A DNA stretch of 64,000 nt from the human T2T-CHM13v2.0 reference genome, Homo sapiens: the NCBI RefSeq assembly GCF_009914755.1, contig NC_060932.1. One strand, 5' to 3'. The notes below the pieces were generated by a model that was given only the letters and a program-made list of their open reading frames with translations, was not told the DNA's origin and ran no database searches. The position numbers were made by a program, and so were the translations under genes. This document shows positions 13,551 through 28,616 of this stretch, one piece after another. Position 1 is the stretch's first letter, and every line of letters begins with the position of its first letter.

Positions 13551-13816
13551 TTTTTTTTTGAGATGGGGGTCTTACTCTGTCACCCAGGCTAGAGTGCAGT
13601 TGTGTGATCTCAGCTCACTGCAGTCTCTGCCTCCCAAGTAGCTAGGACTACAGGCCACCAACACACGGCTAATTCTTTTTTTTTTTTTTGTATTTTTGTA
13701 GTGATGGGGTTTCGCTGTGTAGCCCAGGCTGATCTCGAACTCCTGAGCTCAAACGATCCATCTACTGTGGCCTGCCAAAGTGCTGGAATTACAGGTGTGA
13801 GCCACCGCATCCGGCC
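13551..13816 (-). mobile_element. AluJ-like with ~30-bp right-arm deletion
   Basis: CTGCCTCC joins directly to CAAGTAGCT, a deletion between two GCCTCC repeats. Confidence 0.9.
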
Positions 13817-15499
13817 TAAAACAAATATATACTTTGACTCTAGGCAGTACATTAGTGATTTCTCTACCTGTATGTAGAGATAAAACAAAAAAGCAGATTC
13901 GAAAATTCAATACTTATATCTTAATCCAAACAACACTTCTGTATTTGAGAAAGGAAAGTCCAGGCTAAATGGATGTCTCAGAGAGATTCAAAGCTGAAGG
14001 TTTTGCAGACACCACACCTAAGTGGGTGTTTAATCCAGAAGCGTTAGGAGAAGAATGCCAATTGACAGGACTGCCATGAGATTCCATAGGGACAGTAAAC
14101 ATCCATTGTGATAGCCTGAAGCCAAAACACATGCCATCAGCAGGCAGCTGAATCCACAAATCCAGCTGCATCTGGCTGCTGGGAAGCATTTCACATCATC
14201 TTTGCCGGCAAGAGCTCAAACTCACTAGATTTAAATGAAAACTACTGATAGGAAATGCAGAGAACTCATGAAGGAATGTGTTCGGTAGAAACTTAAGTGC
14301 AAAGCTCTAAATGTTTTGTTTCTAGGGATCGATGAGAAGGCTTAAGGATCTAAAATCTGGGCATTTTAGATCTGCTTAGTACAGGAATAATTTGCGGCCT
14401 CAGGTTTAGAGTCATGTTTGAAAAACTGGCCCCTGGATTGCAGGAAAACAAAAAACAATATAGCCATTTGGTATGACTTGTTATAAAACTTAGCTGGTGG
14501 TTTTTAAAAATAGTTCCAAACCAAATTAGCTCTGGGCACCTGCTGGAGCTTAGTATGTTTTCAGATAGACTTGTTTGCTGTCAGCCAAAAAAAAAAAAAA
14601 AAAAATCCAACCCAACAAAACCTTCCACCCACATGGTTTGTTATAAAACCTGACATTACTAATGCTTTTCCAAGCCACTTTTCTTAGATCAAATCATTCA
14701 AATAAAAAAACATGGCATCTGACATCTTGAAAGAATGGGGCAAATTATTTGCTGTTAGATAACAGTTTCAGAAAGTCATGGGAAGAAGAAAGGTAGGAAA
14801 TGTTAGAAAATACAATGTATTAATCACTGTGTGAAAGCTTTTCTAATTCTTCATGTGACTTCATTCCAACACGGATATTATAATATGGCCGGAATGTTGG
14901 GATTTATGGTTCTATAGGATAGGCCCCTTAAACCATCTGTTATTGCAATGTTTACCCAAGATGTGCGTGGATATAGCTGTTTCAAGTGATTTGGACATTT
15001 TGTTTATGTGACAGAAAAGATATAATTGATATTTAAATGAATAATGGCAACAATGACAGCAACCAAAGTGGCAAAAATCATTTTCTGGAGATTTTATTTT
15101 TTAGGCAATATTGAAAGCTGTCCATTGCTCACAGAGTATGTTAAGACTTGGATCAACATTAACAAATGAAAACCTCATTTCTGCAGTGCTCTGAGGGTTA
15201 TTTAGGTTTCACAGATCTTATTTAAATTCTGATCTGTAGCAGTTCTCTGACTGCAGTTGGGAAAGAATCCTGTTTAATTATACATATGTTTTATATAGTA
15301 AAATGGCTTCAAAAAGCCTCTCTTACCATCACTAGTCTACATATCATTGAATAAAATACTACTGACTCACTAGTGATTCACCCTGCCTTCCTGAATAACT
15401 TTGAATAATTTAACTTCCTAACCACTGCAGGTTCTTGAAATCAAATTGGTATCTTAGAAGTCCGGATAGGAGTAATTATAATAATAATGGCAAGGATAT

Positions 15500-15725
15500 T
15501 GATGACTACTATTTTTATTGTTACTACTACTTACTAAATGCCTGGTACTAAAATAGACACTTTATATGCATTTTTGATATACCTGATAACAGTCCCATAA
15601 AAGTTATTATTAGCCCATTTTATAAATGGGGAAACAGGATCTTAGAGTTTGCACAGCTTAAAAAAATGGAAATATTGGAATCTGAATCCAAAACAGCCTG
15701 ACTCAAAACAATGTTCTTTCCATTA
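15500..15725 (-). mobile_element. MIR
   Basis: CCCATTTTATAAATGGGGAAACAGG. Confidence 0.7.
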
Positions 15726-17199
15726 TGCAAGGGAAAAAAAAAAAGGTTGAGTATCAGAGAGAAGGTAATAGGAGACATTTTCTCCAGGGAGTGACCCATA
15801 AGATGGCAAATGTGCTTTGCTCCCCATTAGAGGGTTCTGGAACCCCAGACATAAATATGATATAGAAACACTCTAATTAGCTCTAAATGAGGAGATGCGG
15901 GTCAAAACTTGCAGAAATTCTCTAGGCACTCTTCTTAACAGGTGTGGTTTAAATTAACCCAGACAAGCACAGTAAGAAAAGCTGCCTTATTTGTTGCTGA
16001 AAGGCCTGGTCAGATACAATCATTAAAGTGTGTGAGTTCTCTATTGAGTAATCCACTTTTGCTATGGAAATCTTAAAATAAACTCTTCTTTATGAATGTG
16101 AAGGCTCACTAATTCTCCTTTCACTAAACCTCAAACCCTGTAATTTTTACTAAGTATCCGAGAGTCTCACAAATGCTAATACCAGAGCATTTTAGTCTAT
16201 CACAAAGATTTTGTTTTAAATTACCGTTGAAAAAAAATCAGATTCAGCATTTCCTATAAGTAATTGAAATGAAACTGGATTTCCCAAATAAAGGAAAGTA
16301 TTTTAGTGGAGTTAATCCTTGATTTGTCTTATTGACAGCAATTTTTACTTAAGCTTTTGGCATTATTTTTCTGCACTGTTTTTTAAGGTTTAAGATGGGA
16401 TTAAAGCATACATGGCATTGCTATTTATGTATTTAATTGTTTATCTCAGAGTATTTAGATCTCGGTTTAGCAACCTAAACCAATTATTTATTGGTCTTGT
16501 ACTTTTTTTTTTTTTTTTTAAATAGAAAGGGCTCAAGCTTTGTATGAGTCCTTGTACACTTCAGGTGACCAAATCAGAACACCTGAAAAATTTGGTCGGC
16601 TTCATTTGCCACCACTTATTTACACAGCTGAGTCATGTATTAAGAATTTGAAAGCATCTCCCATTACTGCTTGTGTAGACTAAGTTAGTCCTCAATGAAT
16701 TGGACCAGGGTTGAAAATAATCCTATTGTGATCCGTCTGAGGTTATGTAGGCTTGGCTAAAAATACCCTGCTACATCCTTACAGAAAATTAAAAAACGGT
16801 AAAGATGATGTAAGTAAACAACTGAATAGCAATGCATTTATCTCATGATAAATGTAATCAGAAGACCTCTACTAGCTGAAGTCTTTCTTTAACATCTCCA
16901 AGCTAATATGGACTTTCTCTTTTAAATTTTGCTGCCTAAAGTACTTAGGTCATATCTTTTTGTTATGCAAGGCCGTCTGCTAGAATATACCATTTCTTTG
17001 TGCATATTACAAAAAGGAACCCTGCTGATTGGACCAATTACAAAAAAGTACCCCTTGCTCTGGGTCTGGGTTAAGGTAGCTCTGTGCCAGCTCTGTGCAG
17101 ACTGGATTTCAGCCCTGCTTGTTTTTCCTTGTGTGTGGTGACCTGTTCTTATGCTACTTATAGTTTGTCCTGTCTCACAGATATTTGTATTTTATCACT

Positions 17200-17335
17200 T
17201 ACTAATTTATTCACTTGAATGTTTAATGAGCACTCATTACATACCAGGTATTCATTAAGCTCTGGAGAATCCAATGATTTATAAATAAGACCTGGACTCT
17301 GCCCTCAAGGAACTCATGTTTTAGTCAGGGTGAAG
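17200..17335 (-). mobile_element. L2 3' end; appears to resume at ~20740-20835
   Basis: TTTAATGAGCACTC...CTGCCCTCAAGGAACTCA; later TTTTGAAGGATGAG...GAACAGCATGTGCAAA. Confidence 0.7.
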
Positions 17336-17337
17336 GA

Positions 17338-17841
17338 TACTGTCAATCAGTATCCCAGCAGCAAACAGATGGCACAGTCATAGGATAAGTTAAAGAGAAT
17401 GTAATAAAGGGGATTATTCACAGGACAGGGTGTAGGGAACTTACAAGGGATAGTGTAGGATCTAGGGGCTAGCAAGGCATGGTTAAAATGGTGGAGTGGG
17501 GGAAGCAGTTACTGGAACCCAGAGAGAGAGAGTGCTGGCTGGAGAGGGTCCCTGGCCAGAGCTAAACTTAGGAGGAGGGTTACAGCAGGGACTGGGGGGA
17601 CTCTGCAATGAGAGAGGTGGGTGGAGGGAATAAACACCCCATTCTCACTCTACTGTCCTCTCATCTCCTCATTATTTAATGGTGTTCTTCATTGGCTGAA
17701 CCTGAGCAGAAGTCAGGAGACTAGGATGCTGATTGATATATTCTTTAGAGTTCAGCCTTTGGGGTGCAGAGAACAGATGTTAAGGAGGGTAGAGGAGGGT
17801 GGAGAGTGGGTCTAGAGGAGAAAACAGAAGATATCCAGCAT
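17338..17841 (-). mobile_element. ERVL 3' LTR (LTR33-like)
   Basis: CCCAGCAGCAAACAGATGGCAC...GGGTGGAGAGTGGGTCTAGAGG...AGAAGATATCCAGCA, followed by the reverse complement of a polypurine tract. Confidence 0.75.
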
Positions 17842-18173
17842 GGTCCATTCCTCTTGCCTCTCTCTATCCACTTCTGTCCTTTACATAGCTAAAAGGTTGT
17901 GTTCCAATACAGGAAACATACAAAATCCCATCAGTTTCCACATCACTGACATTGATATCATCAATCTGGTCATACTCCCAGCTGAAAACTAAAATGTCAA
18001 CAATCACCAGTGTCCTTCATATAAAGTAATGCGGGTGTGAGGGACAACTTATTAATATAAAATATAGCTGCTACCTTGTCTACCTCGACAGCTCGTCACA
18101 GGGCTTAACTGGTAATGATAGTTGTCTTTGTCCTGCCGCTGTTTCCCTCGTTCTGTGTTCACATCCTGTCTGG

Positions 18174-18515
18174 TGCTATGGACTGAATGTTTGTGTCCCC
18201 CCTCAAATTCACATGTTGAAACTCTACCCCAAATGCTATGGTATTCAGTGGGATCTTTGGGAAATTATTAAAATTAGATGAGTCATGAGGGTGGACCTTC
18301 CTCAGTGGGATTAGTGCCTTTATGAGCAATGAGAGAGCTTACTTCAGCTCCCTGCTTTCTGCCACCTGACGATACAATGAGAAATTGGAAGTCTATCTGA
18401 AAGAGGGTCCTCACCTGATCTCAGACTTCCAGCCTCCAAAACTATGAGAAATAAATGTCCATTGTTTATAAGACACCCAGTTTATAGTATTCTGTTATAG
18501 CAGCTGAGTTAAGAG
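18174..18515 (+). mobile_element. MLT1A-type LTR inside the ERVL internal region
   Basis: TGCTATGGACTGAATGTTTGTGTCCCCC...GAGAAATAAATG...GTTATAGCAGC. Confidence 0.85.
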
Positions 18516-19239
18516 TGCTTTACCTGGTGAGGTGACCCAAACCTTCATTCCTATGGGATCTGAGTCCTTGGATTCCATTTTGTGTTGCTGTAGTTTTCCA
18601 TTGACCATGAGTTACTGTGCACATCTACTAAGAGGTGCCCTAGTGAATTCCTGTGTTTCAAACATAGTCCTTCATGCTTCCATTATGCAGCAGCAATCTA
18701 GTTTCCTCCTGGTAATTCAGATCAATCACCCTGGCCAGTAGAATGACCTTTTTCCTCTGTCTGTTAATTCATAGCCATGAGAACTTCAAAAAGGCAAGAG
18801 GGCAGCCTCAGGATTCATCAGAATAGTGACTGTGTTTCCTGGTAGAAGCATGCTTCCTTTGGGCATGAAGACCTCTAAACCCACTGAGCTCAAAGTCACG
18901 TTGAGAGTAAACAACATTTCTTTGAATTGTGGGAACAAGATGAGAAAATTCACTAGATATAATAGTGAGAGGGAGTACTTCTACCTTCTTGCTCTGGTTT
19001 CTGGACCCATGCATTCTAGCTCTGGGGGAGACAGGACCACATAGTGGAAACTGGCTTAAGACATGTACTGCACCCTGTAGGATAGCACCCTAATCTCCAG
19101 TGTGCAATCCCCCAACTGGTACAGCAGCTGATATTTCAGGAGGCCATTCTAGCTTTACATCAAGCTAGGAGAAGATCAATGAATGACATGGATACAAGCT
19201 CATTGCCATTCTTCTTTTGACTTAAAATATTTCCCCTGA

Positions 19240-19653
<414 letters not shown>

Positions 19654-20855
19654 TCAAATATGTGAGGACAAATTGACACACTTTCTATCATGGAAGAAGT
19701 CCACTGTAACTTATCTGCCTCCAGGTACCTGGGCCCCTGAGAAATTGTGTCATGTCAGGGGTTCAGTGTTGGCCTCTACTGTTGGCAGGTTGGGCACTCA
19801 GCAGGTGTGGTAGCTAGGTGCATCCTTCATCCCCGCTACCATGGCCCCCTTTTACATGGCCCATGGAGCAAACACTGGGGAGGCTGAGGAAAGAGGCTAA
19901 GGAGACAGAATCGGTCATTTTACCCACCTGATTGTGGAGAGCCTCCCCAAAAGCCATCTTTCTAATGAATATTTTTATACCTGGTCCATTCGAAGAATTC
20001 ATCCACAAATCTCTTCCCCACTCACTCTTGTCATCAATTTTCCAATTTTGTTCTCATCAAGTCCATGACCATCCAGCCAACACTGTTAGTCTCTGCCCAT
20101 GAGTTAGTGTAGATCAACCATTTTGCCTTTCTCATGAGGTGGACAACCAGATGTACCTCCCAAAGTTCTGCCTGGGGGAGGATTTACATTAACCACTATC
20201 TTTCAGGGATGGCCTGGAAGACATACCATGCAGATCCATCTGTTACCAAACCCAGGCATTTTCCTCCTCCCTTAGCTGGCCACAGGGAGCTCCCTAGGAC
20301 AGCACACGTAGATTGAGGGAGAGAGAGCAAAACACTGGAGCAGGCACTGTGAAAATTCGAGCTTCCTGCTTGTGCCTTCCCAGCATGCTCTGGCGCCTCT
20401 CTATTATGCTGTTCATAACTTACAGTGCACAATATTGTGAGTTGGTGGATCAGATACTTTATACTTTTAATACATTATACTGCAACCTGTAGGCTAGCAT
20501 CTTTTAATACTTTAGTATTATTCCTGAAAATATCAAGGTAATGACCACCTTTTATGATCAAAACCCAGTTCATGATAAGCAGCTCAGGTTACTTGATGCC
20601 TCATGTCTGGCATTCAGTCCCTACCTACCAGGACTTGGAAACAAGCCAGAAACTGCATTTCAAATGGAGAATCATTGTTGGCATAAGAGTGCATGGCTTG
20701 CTGAAGTCTCATTTGCAGTGCCAATGGAAGATAACTCCTGAAAATTCTCTTACAGAAGAAGAGATCATTGAGTCAGGTTTTGAAGGATGAGAAATACATA
20801 ACTGGGTGGACAAGCCATGGAACAGCATGTGCAAAAATTTAAAAAAAGTAAAATC

Positions 20856-21146
<291 letters not shown>

Positions 21147-21156
21147 GTAAAATAGC

Positions 21157-21448
21157 GGCTGGGCACGGTGGCTCACGCCTGTAATCCTAGCACTTTGGGA
21201 GGCCAAGGCGGGCAGATCACCTGAGATCAGGAGTTTGAGACCAGCCTGGCCAACATGGTGAAACCCTGCCACTACTAAAAATCCAAAAACTAGCTGGGCG
21301 TGATGGCTCACGCCTGTAGTCCCAGCTACTCTGGAGGCTGAGGCAGAAGAATGGCTTTAACCCGGGAGGCAGAGGTCACAGTGAGCCGAGATTGCACCAC
21401 TGCACTCCAGCCTAGGCGACAAGAGAGAGACTCTATCTCAAAAAAAAG
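21157..21448 (+). mobile_element. AluSq/Sx-like
   Basis: Full dimer directly downstream of the previous Alu. Confidence 0.95.
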
Positions 21449-22082
21449 GACCCCTGGGGTCCTAATCAGGGGGGCCTCAAACCTTGTAGAGGAAGTTACT
21501 GAATTCCTAGGCAGAGGAATAAGGTAAGACAGAGGAATTGTCTTATCTCTTTAAATAAAGAGACTCATGTTTGTATTCCTTCTGGTGCCTTCACAGCCTC
21601 TTACAATAGCAGATTATATGCATTTTTTGTTTTAGAATTTTAATTGGAAATGTTATATATTGTGTTGTTTATCATGTAGGTTCACAGCATTTTTCTACTA
21701 GGCTGCTAAATTACTTTTTTTTTTTTTTTAAATCAGGCATCCTCCTCAATAAATTTCACATGTGACTTGTTTAGATCCTCATCTCTCTTTCTCCATCTCT
21801 CTGGTACAGCATAGAGTCCATGTAAGGAGATTGCATGGGGGCACCTAAATGAAAATTGGCTGCTATTTGAGTCTCATTATTCAAATTTCTAATCTATTTG
21901 GGTTCTTTGCCAAGTAACTTCCTAAGAAAAAAGATTTCACCTCCTCACTTCTGTAAGATACTAATGCAAATATATCCCATTTGTTAACTTTTTTGTATTC
22001 CCTTTGTGGTACATGTAAAAGTATCTTGCCTAAACTATATAAAATATTCTACAGATAATGAGCGTTGTGTTTTTGTAAGTGA

Positions 22083-22386
<304 letters not shown>

Positions 22387-22424
22387 GCATGGAGCATTTA
22401 AAACATGAATGAATCATTGCTAAA

Positions 22425-22723
22425 TTTTTTTTTTGTTTGAGAAATAGTCTCACTCTGTAGCCCAGGCTGGAGTGCAGTGGCATGATCTCACTCACTGCTA
22501 CCTCCGCCTCCTGGGTCCCGGTTCAAGCAATTCTCCTGCCTCAGCCTCCTGCGTAGCTGGGATTACAGGCATGCACCACCATGCCCAGCTAATTTTTGTA
22601 TTTTTAGTAGAGACTCGGTTTCACCATGTTGGCCAGGTTGGTCTTGAACTCCTGACCTCGTGATCCACCCGTCTCGGCCTCCCAAAGTGCTGGGATTACA
22701 GGCGTGAGCCACCGCACCCGGTC
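22425..22723 (-). mobile_element. AluSg-like
   Basis: Full dimer; TSD ATTGCTAAA(A)TTTT. Confidence 0.95.
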
Positions 22724-23498
22724 AATTGCTAAAATTTTTATAGTTTAATCAATATACATAATCTTGAAGAATGGTCAAAGTGATAGTACCAGATATCCAT
22801 ATCTTGGAAATACGTTGAGAAATGTATTACCTTACTTAGAGAAATACCATCAGTTCTGAAACATTGCTCCCATATTTAGAAATTAAAACTTTTGTTGTTC
22901 TGTGACAGGAGCAGGGCATACCACCAACAAAATGTGCCATCTGGGCCAGGATCCCGGGAGAGAAGGGACTGGAGAACAAATGGCAGATCAAAAGTTAGGA
23001 TCAGAAACTCATGCAGTGTTTACAGCAGGTCTGAGCATGGCGTGCCTTTGATTTCAAAGACTACTCCATGCCTGGATAAGTTTTGTGGACTGGAGAACAC
23101 AAAAGTAACTGGCCCTAGGGGCACACAGAGGAACACTGGGTTACCAGCAGAGAAGGTAAAGATGATTAAGTTTGCAAAGGAAGTGTGAAGGAGATATTGA
23201 CCAGTAAAACAGGATTTGAGCTTCTTTCAGCAAGCATTCTGAGAAAATGCAGATGCTGTTTAACCATTGAGCAGGGCTTCAAATTCTGTGGGATTGGGAT
23301 TGAGTTCCTTGAGGGTTAAAGTTGGTTATATTGTCTGTCAATAAGAGAGAAGCAGAGATTGAATTATTTTGCCAATCAACCATATTGTATCCCTTTACCC
23401 TCTAGAGAATCACATAGTTCTAAAATGCAAAGATGTTCAGCTCTGTTAAGGTTGTCCAAACTTTAGTACTATTCCTGAAAAAATCAGTATAATGATGA

Positions 23499-23916
23499 TT
23501 TTTGTGTGTGTGTGACAAAGATTCACTCTGCTGCCCTTCCTTCCTTCCTTCCTTCCTTCCTTCCTTCCTTCCTTCCTTCCTTCCTTCCCTCTCTCCCTCC
23601 CTCCCTCCCTCCTTCCTTCCTTCCTTCCTTCCCTCCTTCCTTCTTCCCTCTCTCCCCACCTCCCTCCCTCCAGTGGCGCAATCTTGGCTCACTGCAACCT
23701 CCACCTCCTGGGTTCAAGTGATTCTCCTGCCTCAGTCTCCTGAGTAGCTGGGACTACAGGCACGTGCCACCATGCCCGGCTAATTTTGTATTTTTAGTAG
23801 AGATGGGGTTTCACTGTGTTGGCCAGGCTGGTCTTGAACTCCTGACCTCAGGTGATCTGCCCGCTTCAGCCCCCCCAAAGTGCTGGGAGTACAGGCGTGA
23901 GCCACCGCGCCTGGCC
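23499..23916 (-). mobile_element. AluSx-like interrupted by a (TTCC)n tract
   Basis: Alu 3' end at 23499-23536, remainder at 23671-23916. Confidence 0.9.
23537..23670. repeat. (TTCC)n/(TCCC)n microsatellite
   Basis: 13 perfect TTCC units at 23537-23588, then mixed units. Confidence 0.97.
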
Positions 23917-23995
23917 ATAACCACCCTTTTACGTTCCAAACAAGATGTTAGTTTAGAAGTAAAAAAATTTCACCATGAACATAAATCAGAATTTC

Positions 23996-24379
<384 letters not shown>

Positions 24380-25278
24380 TAAATCAGAATTTCTGTTTTC
24401 AAAACTAAAACAGATAATGATCAAATGTGCATTATGGGGGACAATGGTCAAACATGTATCGCCTTCTTCAGTCATCATCTATAAATATTTAGTAAGCCTA
24501 AAATTACAAATAGCTTTAATAGGTGCTATGCAAAGACATGGCCACAGAGTCAGTCCATCTATCTAGTGTCTTATAAAACCACCAGCCTTGACATAAATAC
24601 TTAGTTACAGGATAGGAAGGGAAAGAAAATAAGAATAATCTCCAGTCAAAGGTGGCTATCCTTAATACCCTTGTCAAAGACAACAACAGAATTCATCACT
24701 GTCATTTATGCCATTGCACTGCTTTTATTTTTATTTTACTAAATAGAATGGCAGTTTTTGTTACTGTATCAATGATCTCTTTACTTTTAACTTTAAATTG
24801 TTTTCCAAGGATATGCTTGGAGCTCTATAGAACTGCATATAGCTATAACTAAATAAACAACTTAATTTTACATTAAGGTGTTTAAAAGTCAACTTTTAAG
24901 CTTTCAGGATGGAAAGCAAGGTTAAATTACAGGGTGAAAATTGGGAGAACTTTGGGCAAGAATGAGCAAAAGGAATGTGATTGTTATTTGTAGCTTCCAT
25001 ATACTGAAAATAAACATTTTTTGAAGTTTTTTTTTTTTTAAACTTCTTGAACAACTCCAGTGTCTCTAAGGGTTTATGGGATAAACAGTTAGAATGTTCC
25101 TGATGTGTTGTTTGTGGCAGGATTTGCTAAAGATTGCTTCATTGCACTTCTATCCAACAATGACAATGTAAACTGGAATACACACCGTTACAGCCCAGAT
25201 CTCCAGGAAAGTAAATCTTTCTTTGTTGCTTGAATTAAAGGAAATGTTTTTGAGCTCACTTCAGCTTTCCAGCAATTT

Positions 25279-25638
<360 letters not shown>

Positions 25639-26443
25639 TAATTAAGAAATCAAAATTTAAATCTCCCAAGATTTCTGATTGATTTTTCACAGGAAAAGAA
25701 TAATACATTTATCTTTGAGGCAAATTCAACCAAAGTCTCTGGAGCTTGTCAATACTTAAAATTATATTTATAGATTGCAAAAAGATTTATTTTAGATCAT
25801 TTGCCTCCTGGAGTTTATGAAATAATGGATGTGTTCCTGAACTGGGAAAAGATCCTTCAGACCCATGAATGTTTAAGCTGACTCCGGATGTGCATGTAGG
25901 TACTAATACTGGTGAAATTTTTCTCTTCCTTTTGTCCCATTTTTACGGAGCAATAAATGCAACTTTTAAAGAGTTTATAGTTGAATGCTCTGTGTGCACA
26001 TTGAGAGTAGATTGCTGTCAATTATTTACTATTGGACTTTACCAGAGACCTAGAGAAGTAAAAAAATGTAAAACAATTTAAAACTTTTTATGAGACTTTA
26101 TTTACCTTTTATGTTTACATTAATCATGTATGTATAGTGTATGATCCGTATTCTCAGAATTAACTTCAAAAAAAGAAAAAAGAAATTATTCTGTGGGATC
26201 CTGTCTCCAGAGGAATTAGAAACCTTTCTGGGTATGTTATTATCCCCTATTTTATTTTATTTTCCCTGAAAATTTATCTCCCTGCTGTAAAGAAATCAAT
26301 TTCTTATAACATGAAAGATTTGCTCTCTTAAACATAGCAAATATAGCAAGTAAATAATAAACTGATGTTTCTTTATTTTCATTGCAGCAATCAGCAATGT
26401 CTTGTACATATTGATTGATTAACTGATACAATTCCAGAAATTC

Positions 26444-26752
26444 TTTTTTTTTTTTTTTTTTGAGACGGTCTTGCTCTGTCACCCAGGCTGGAGTGCAGTG
26501 GTGCAGTGGCACAATCACGGCTTAGTATAGCTTCACTCTCAAGCTCAAGCCATCTTCCCACTTCATCCTCCTGAGTAGCTGAGACTACAGACATGTGCCA
26601 CTATACCTGGCTAATTAACAAAAAACATTTTTTTGTTGTGTTTGAGATGGGGTCTCACATTGTTGCCCAGGCTGGTCTGGAACTTCTAGGCTGAAGCAAT
26701 CCTCCTGCCTTGGCCTCCCAAAGTGCTGGGATTATAGGCGTGACCCACTGGC
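26444..26752 (-). mobile_element. AluJ-like
   Basis: Diverged dimer; TSD AGAAATTCTT. Confidence 0.92.
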
Positions 26753-27087
26753 TAGAAATTCTTAAAACCAATAAATTGATGATTAACCCATTAATATTAA
26801 TTAATGATTAGTTGAAAACTTCTGGAATTGCATAATTTAAATAAACTATAGTTCAGCCTAAGATGGGCCATAATTTAGCCATGGAAAATGATGTTCTAGG
26901 GGACTCTTAAGGATATGGGGAAAAGAAACATGCCCTATTACTAAGTGAAAATTTTAGATGACTGTATGACACTTTATATTCTTAATTTTGTAAAAACAAA
27001 TGGATGCATTTGTATCTTAGAAAGAATAAGATAATATAAAGAATTGTCCCAGCTTGTCAAAAATATTTTCTCTGGCTTTCAAATTTT

Positions 27088-27445
27088 CTTTTTTCTTTCT
27101 TTCCTTCCTTCCCTTCCCTTCCCTTCCTTCCTTCCTTCTTCCTTCCTTTCTTCTTTTTTTTTTTTTTTGAGACAGGTTCTCTCTCTGTCACCCAGGCTGG
27201 AGTGCAGTGCCATGATCATAGCCCACTACAACCTTGAACTCTTGGCTCAAGCAGTCTTCCCGCCTCAGCTTCCTAAATGAGACTACAGACATCTGCCACC
27301 ACGTCTGTCTATTTTTTTACTTTTTTGTGAAGATGGGGACTCACCATGTTAACCATTCTGGTCTCAAACTTCTGGCCTCAAGCGATCATCCTGCCTTGGC
27401 CTCTCAAAGTGCTGGGATTACAGGTGTAATGCACCGTGCCTGGCC
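27088..27445 (-). mobile_element. AluJ-like with TTCC-rich tail
   Basis: Diverged dimer flanked by AAATTTT. Confidence 0.92.
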
Positions 27446-27493
27446 TAAATTTTGTATAATGTATCAGTTTTCCCCACCTTTTCTCTTAGAAAT

Positions 27494-27637
27494 TTTTTTA
27501 TTCCTTTTCTCTTTTTTGTAGAGATGGGGTCTTGCTATCTTGCCCAGGCTGGTCTCTAACTCCTGAGCTCAAGTGATCTGCCTGCTTTGGCCTCCCAAAG
27601 TGCTGGGATTACAGGTGTGAGCCACTGCACCTAGCCA
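27494..27637 (-). mobile_element. FLAM / left Alu monomer
   Basis: Left arm plus tail only. Confidence 0.85.
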
Positions 27638-27639
27638 GA

Positions 27640-28610
27640 TTTTTTTTTTTTAAATTATAGAAGGATTTTGTACACAAAAGTAGAGGAAAGACTATAATGA
27701 ATCCCCATCATGTATTCATCATCTAGCTTCAACAATTACCAATATTTTACCAATTTTTAAAAAAACTTTTCTAATTTTTTTGTAGTATTTTAAAATAAAT
27801 TCCTGACAGTATGTCTTTTCATACAAAAACATCTTCCTTGCTTATATTTCCTTTTCTAAAAAAATAACATTATCACTGGATATAAAATTCTGCATTCACA
27901 GTTTTTTCTTTTAGTTCTTTAAGGATGGCTCTGCACTGTCTTCTAGCTTGCATCATTTCTGATGAGAAGTCTGCTACAATTTTTACCTTTGTTCCTCTAA
28001 TTATAATTTCTTTTTTCTCTGGCTACATTCAAGGTTTTTCTCTTACTCCTTTGGTGTCAGCAGTTGATGGTGACTTATTGAGATGTGGGTGCATGTGTGT
28101 TTGTCGATGTGTGGACTTAGGTGTGGGTCCCCCCAGAAGCGGCCTATCTGTAGGGGGCTCTCCTCACCTGTAGGGGGCTCTCTGTGGTCTCCTGCCAAGC
28201 CTCTAATCTTTCTTATGAGCTCTTAGTAGAGGCCCATGGAGAAGCGCTTGGGAGTGAGTGCAAAATTCCCTTGTGTTTTGGGGCTGAGCTATTCCAAAAT
28301 GCTACACTAGCCCACATATGGCCTTTAAAAATTCATTAAAGGTTTAGCTGGTTTGTTTTCTCATCTGTTTGCGTGGTGGTCCCCTCTATCTCCTCTGCTT
28401 GGCCGGACGTGAGGCAGTTAATGGATACTGCCTTTCCTTGGAGGGACCTGCCCCTCTTTAGCATTTGGTTAACTTGGTTGTTTTGTGTTCTCAGCTTGCT
28501 GACACACTTATGAAAGTTATTATTTTGTAGATTTAATGCATTTCTCTTAGTGTTAGGATAGGAGTGATGCTCTCTGCCCCTTTCTATATCTTAAGCAGGG
28601 TGGAAATCTG
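27640..28610 (-). mobile_element. Old L1M fragments
   Basis: CTGGATATAAAATTCT...CACTGTCTTCTAGCTTGCA...TGATGAGAAGTCTG is typical of old L1 ORF1-region relics; boundaries approximate. Confidence 0.6.
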
Positions 28611-28616
28611 CTTATA

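Noticed and set aside
23109-23124. CTCF-like GGCCCTAGGGGCAC
   Set aside because: One base short in the core, so spacing does not fit.
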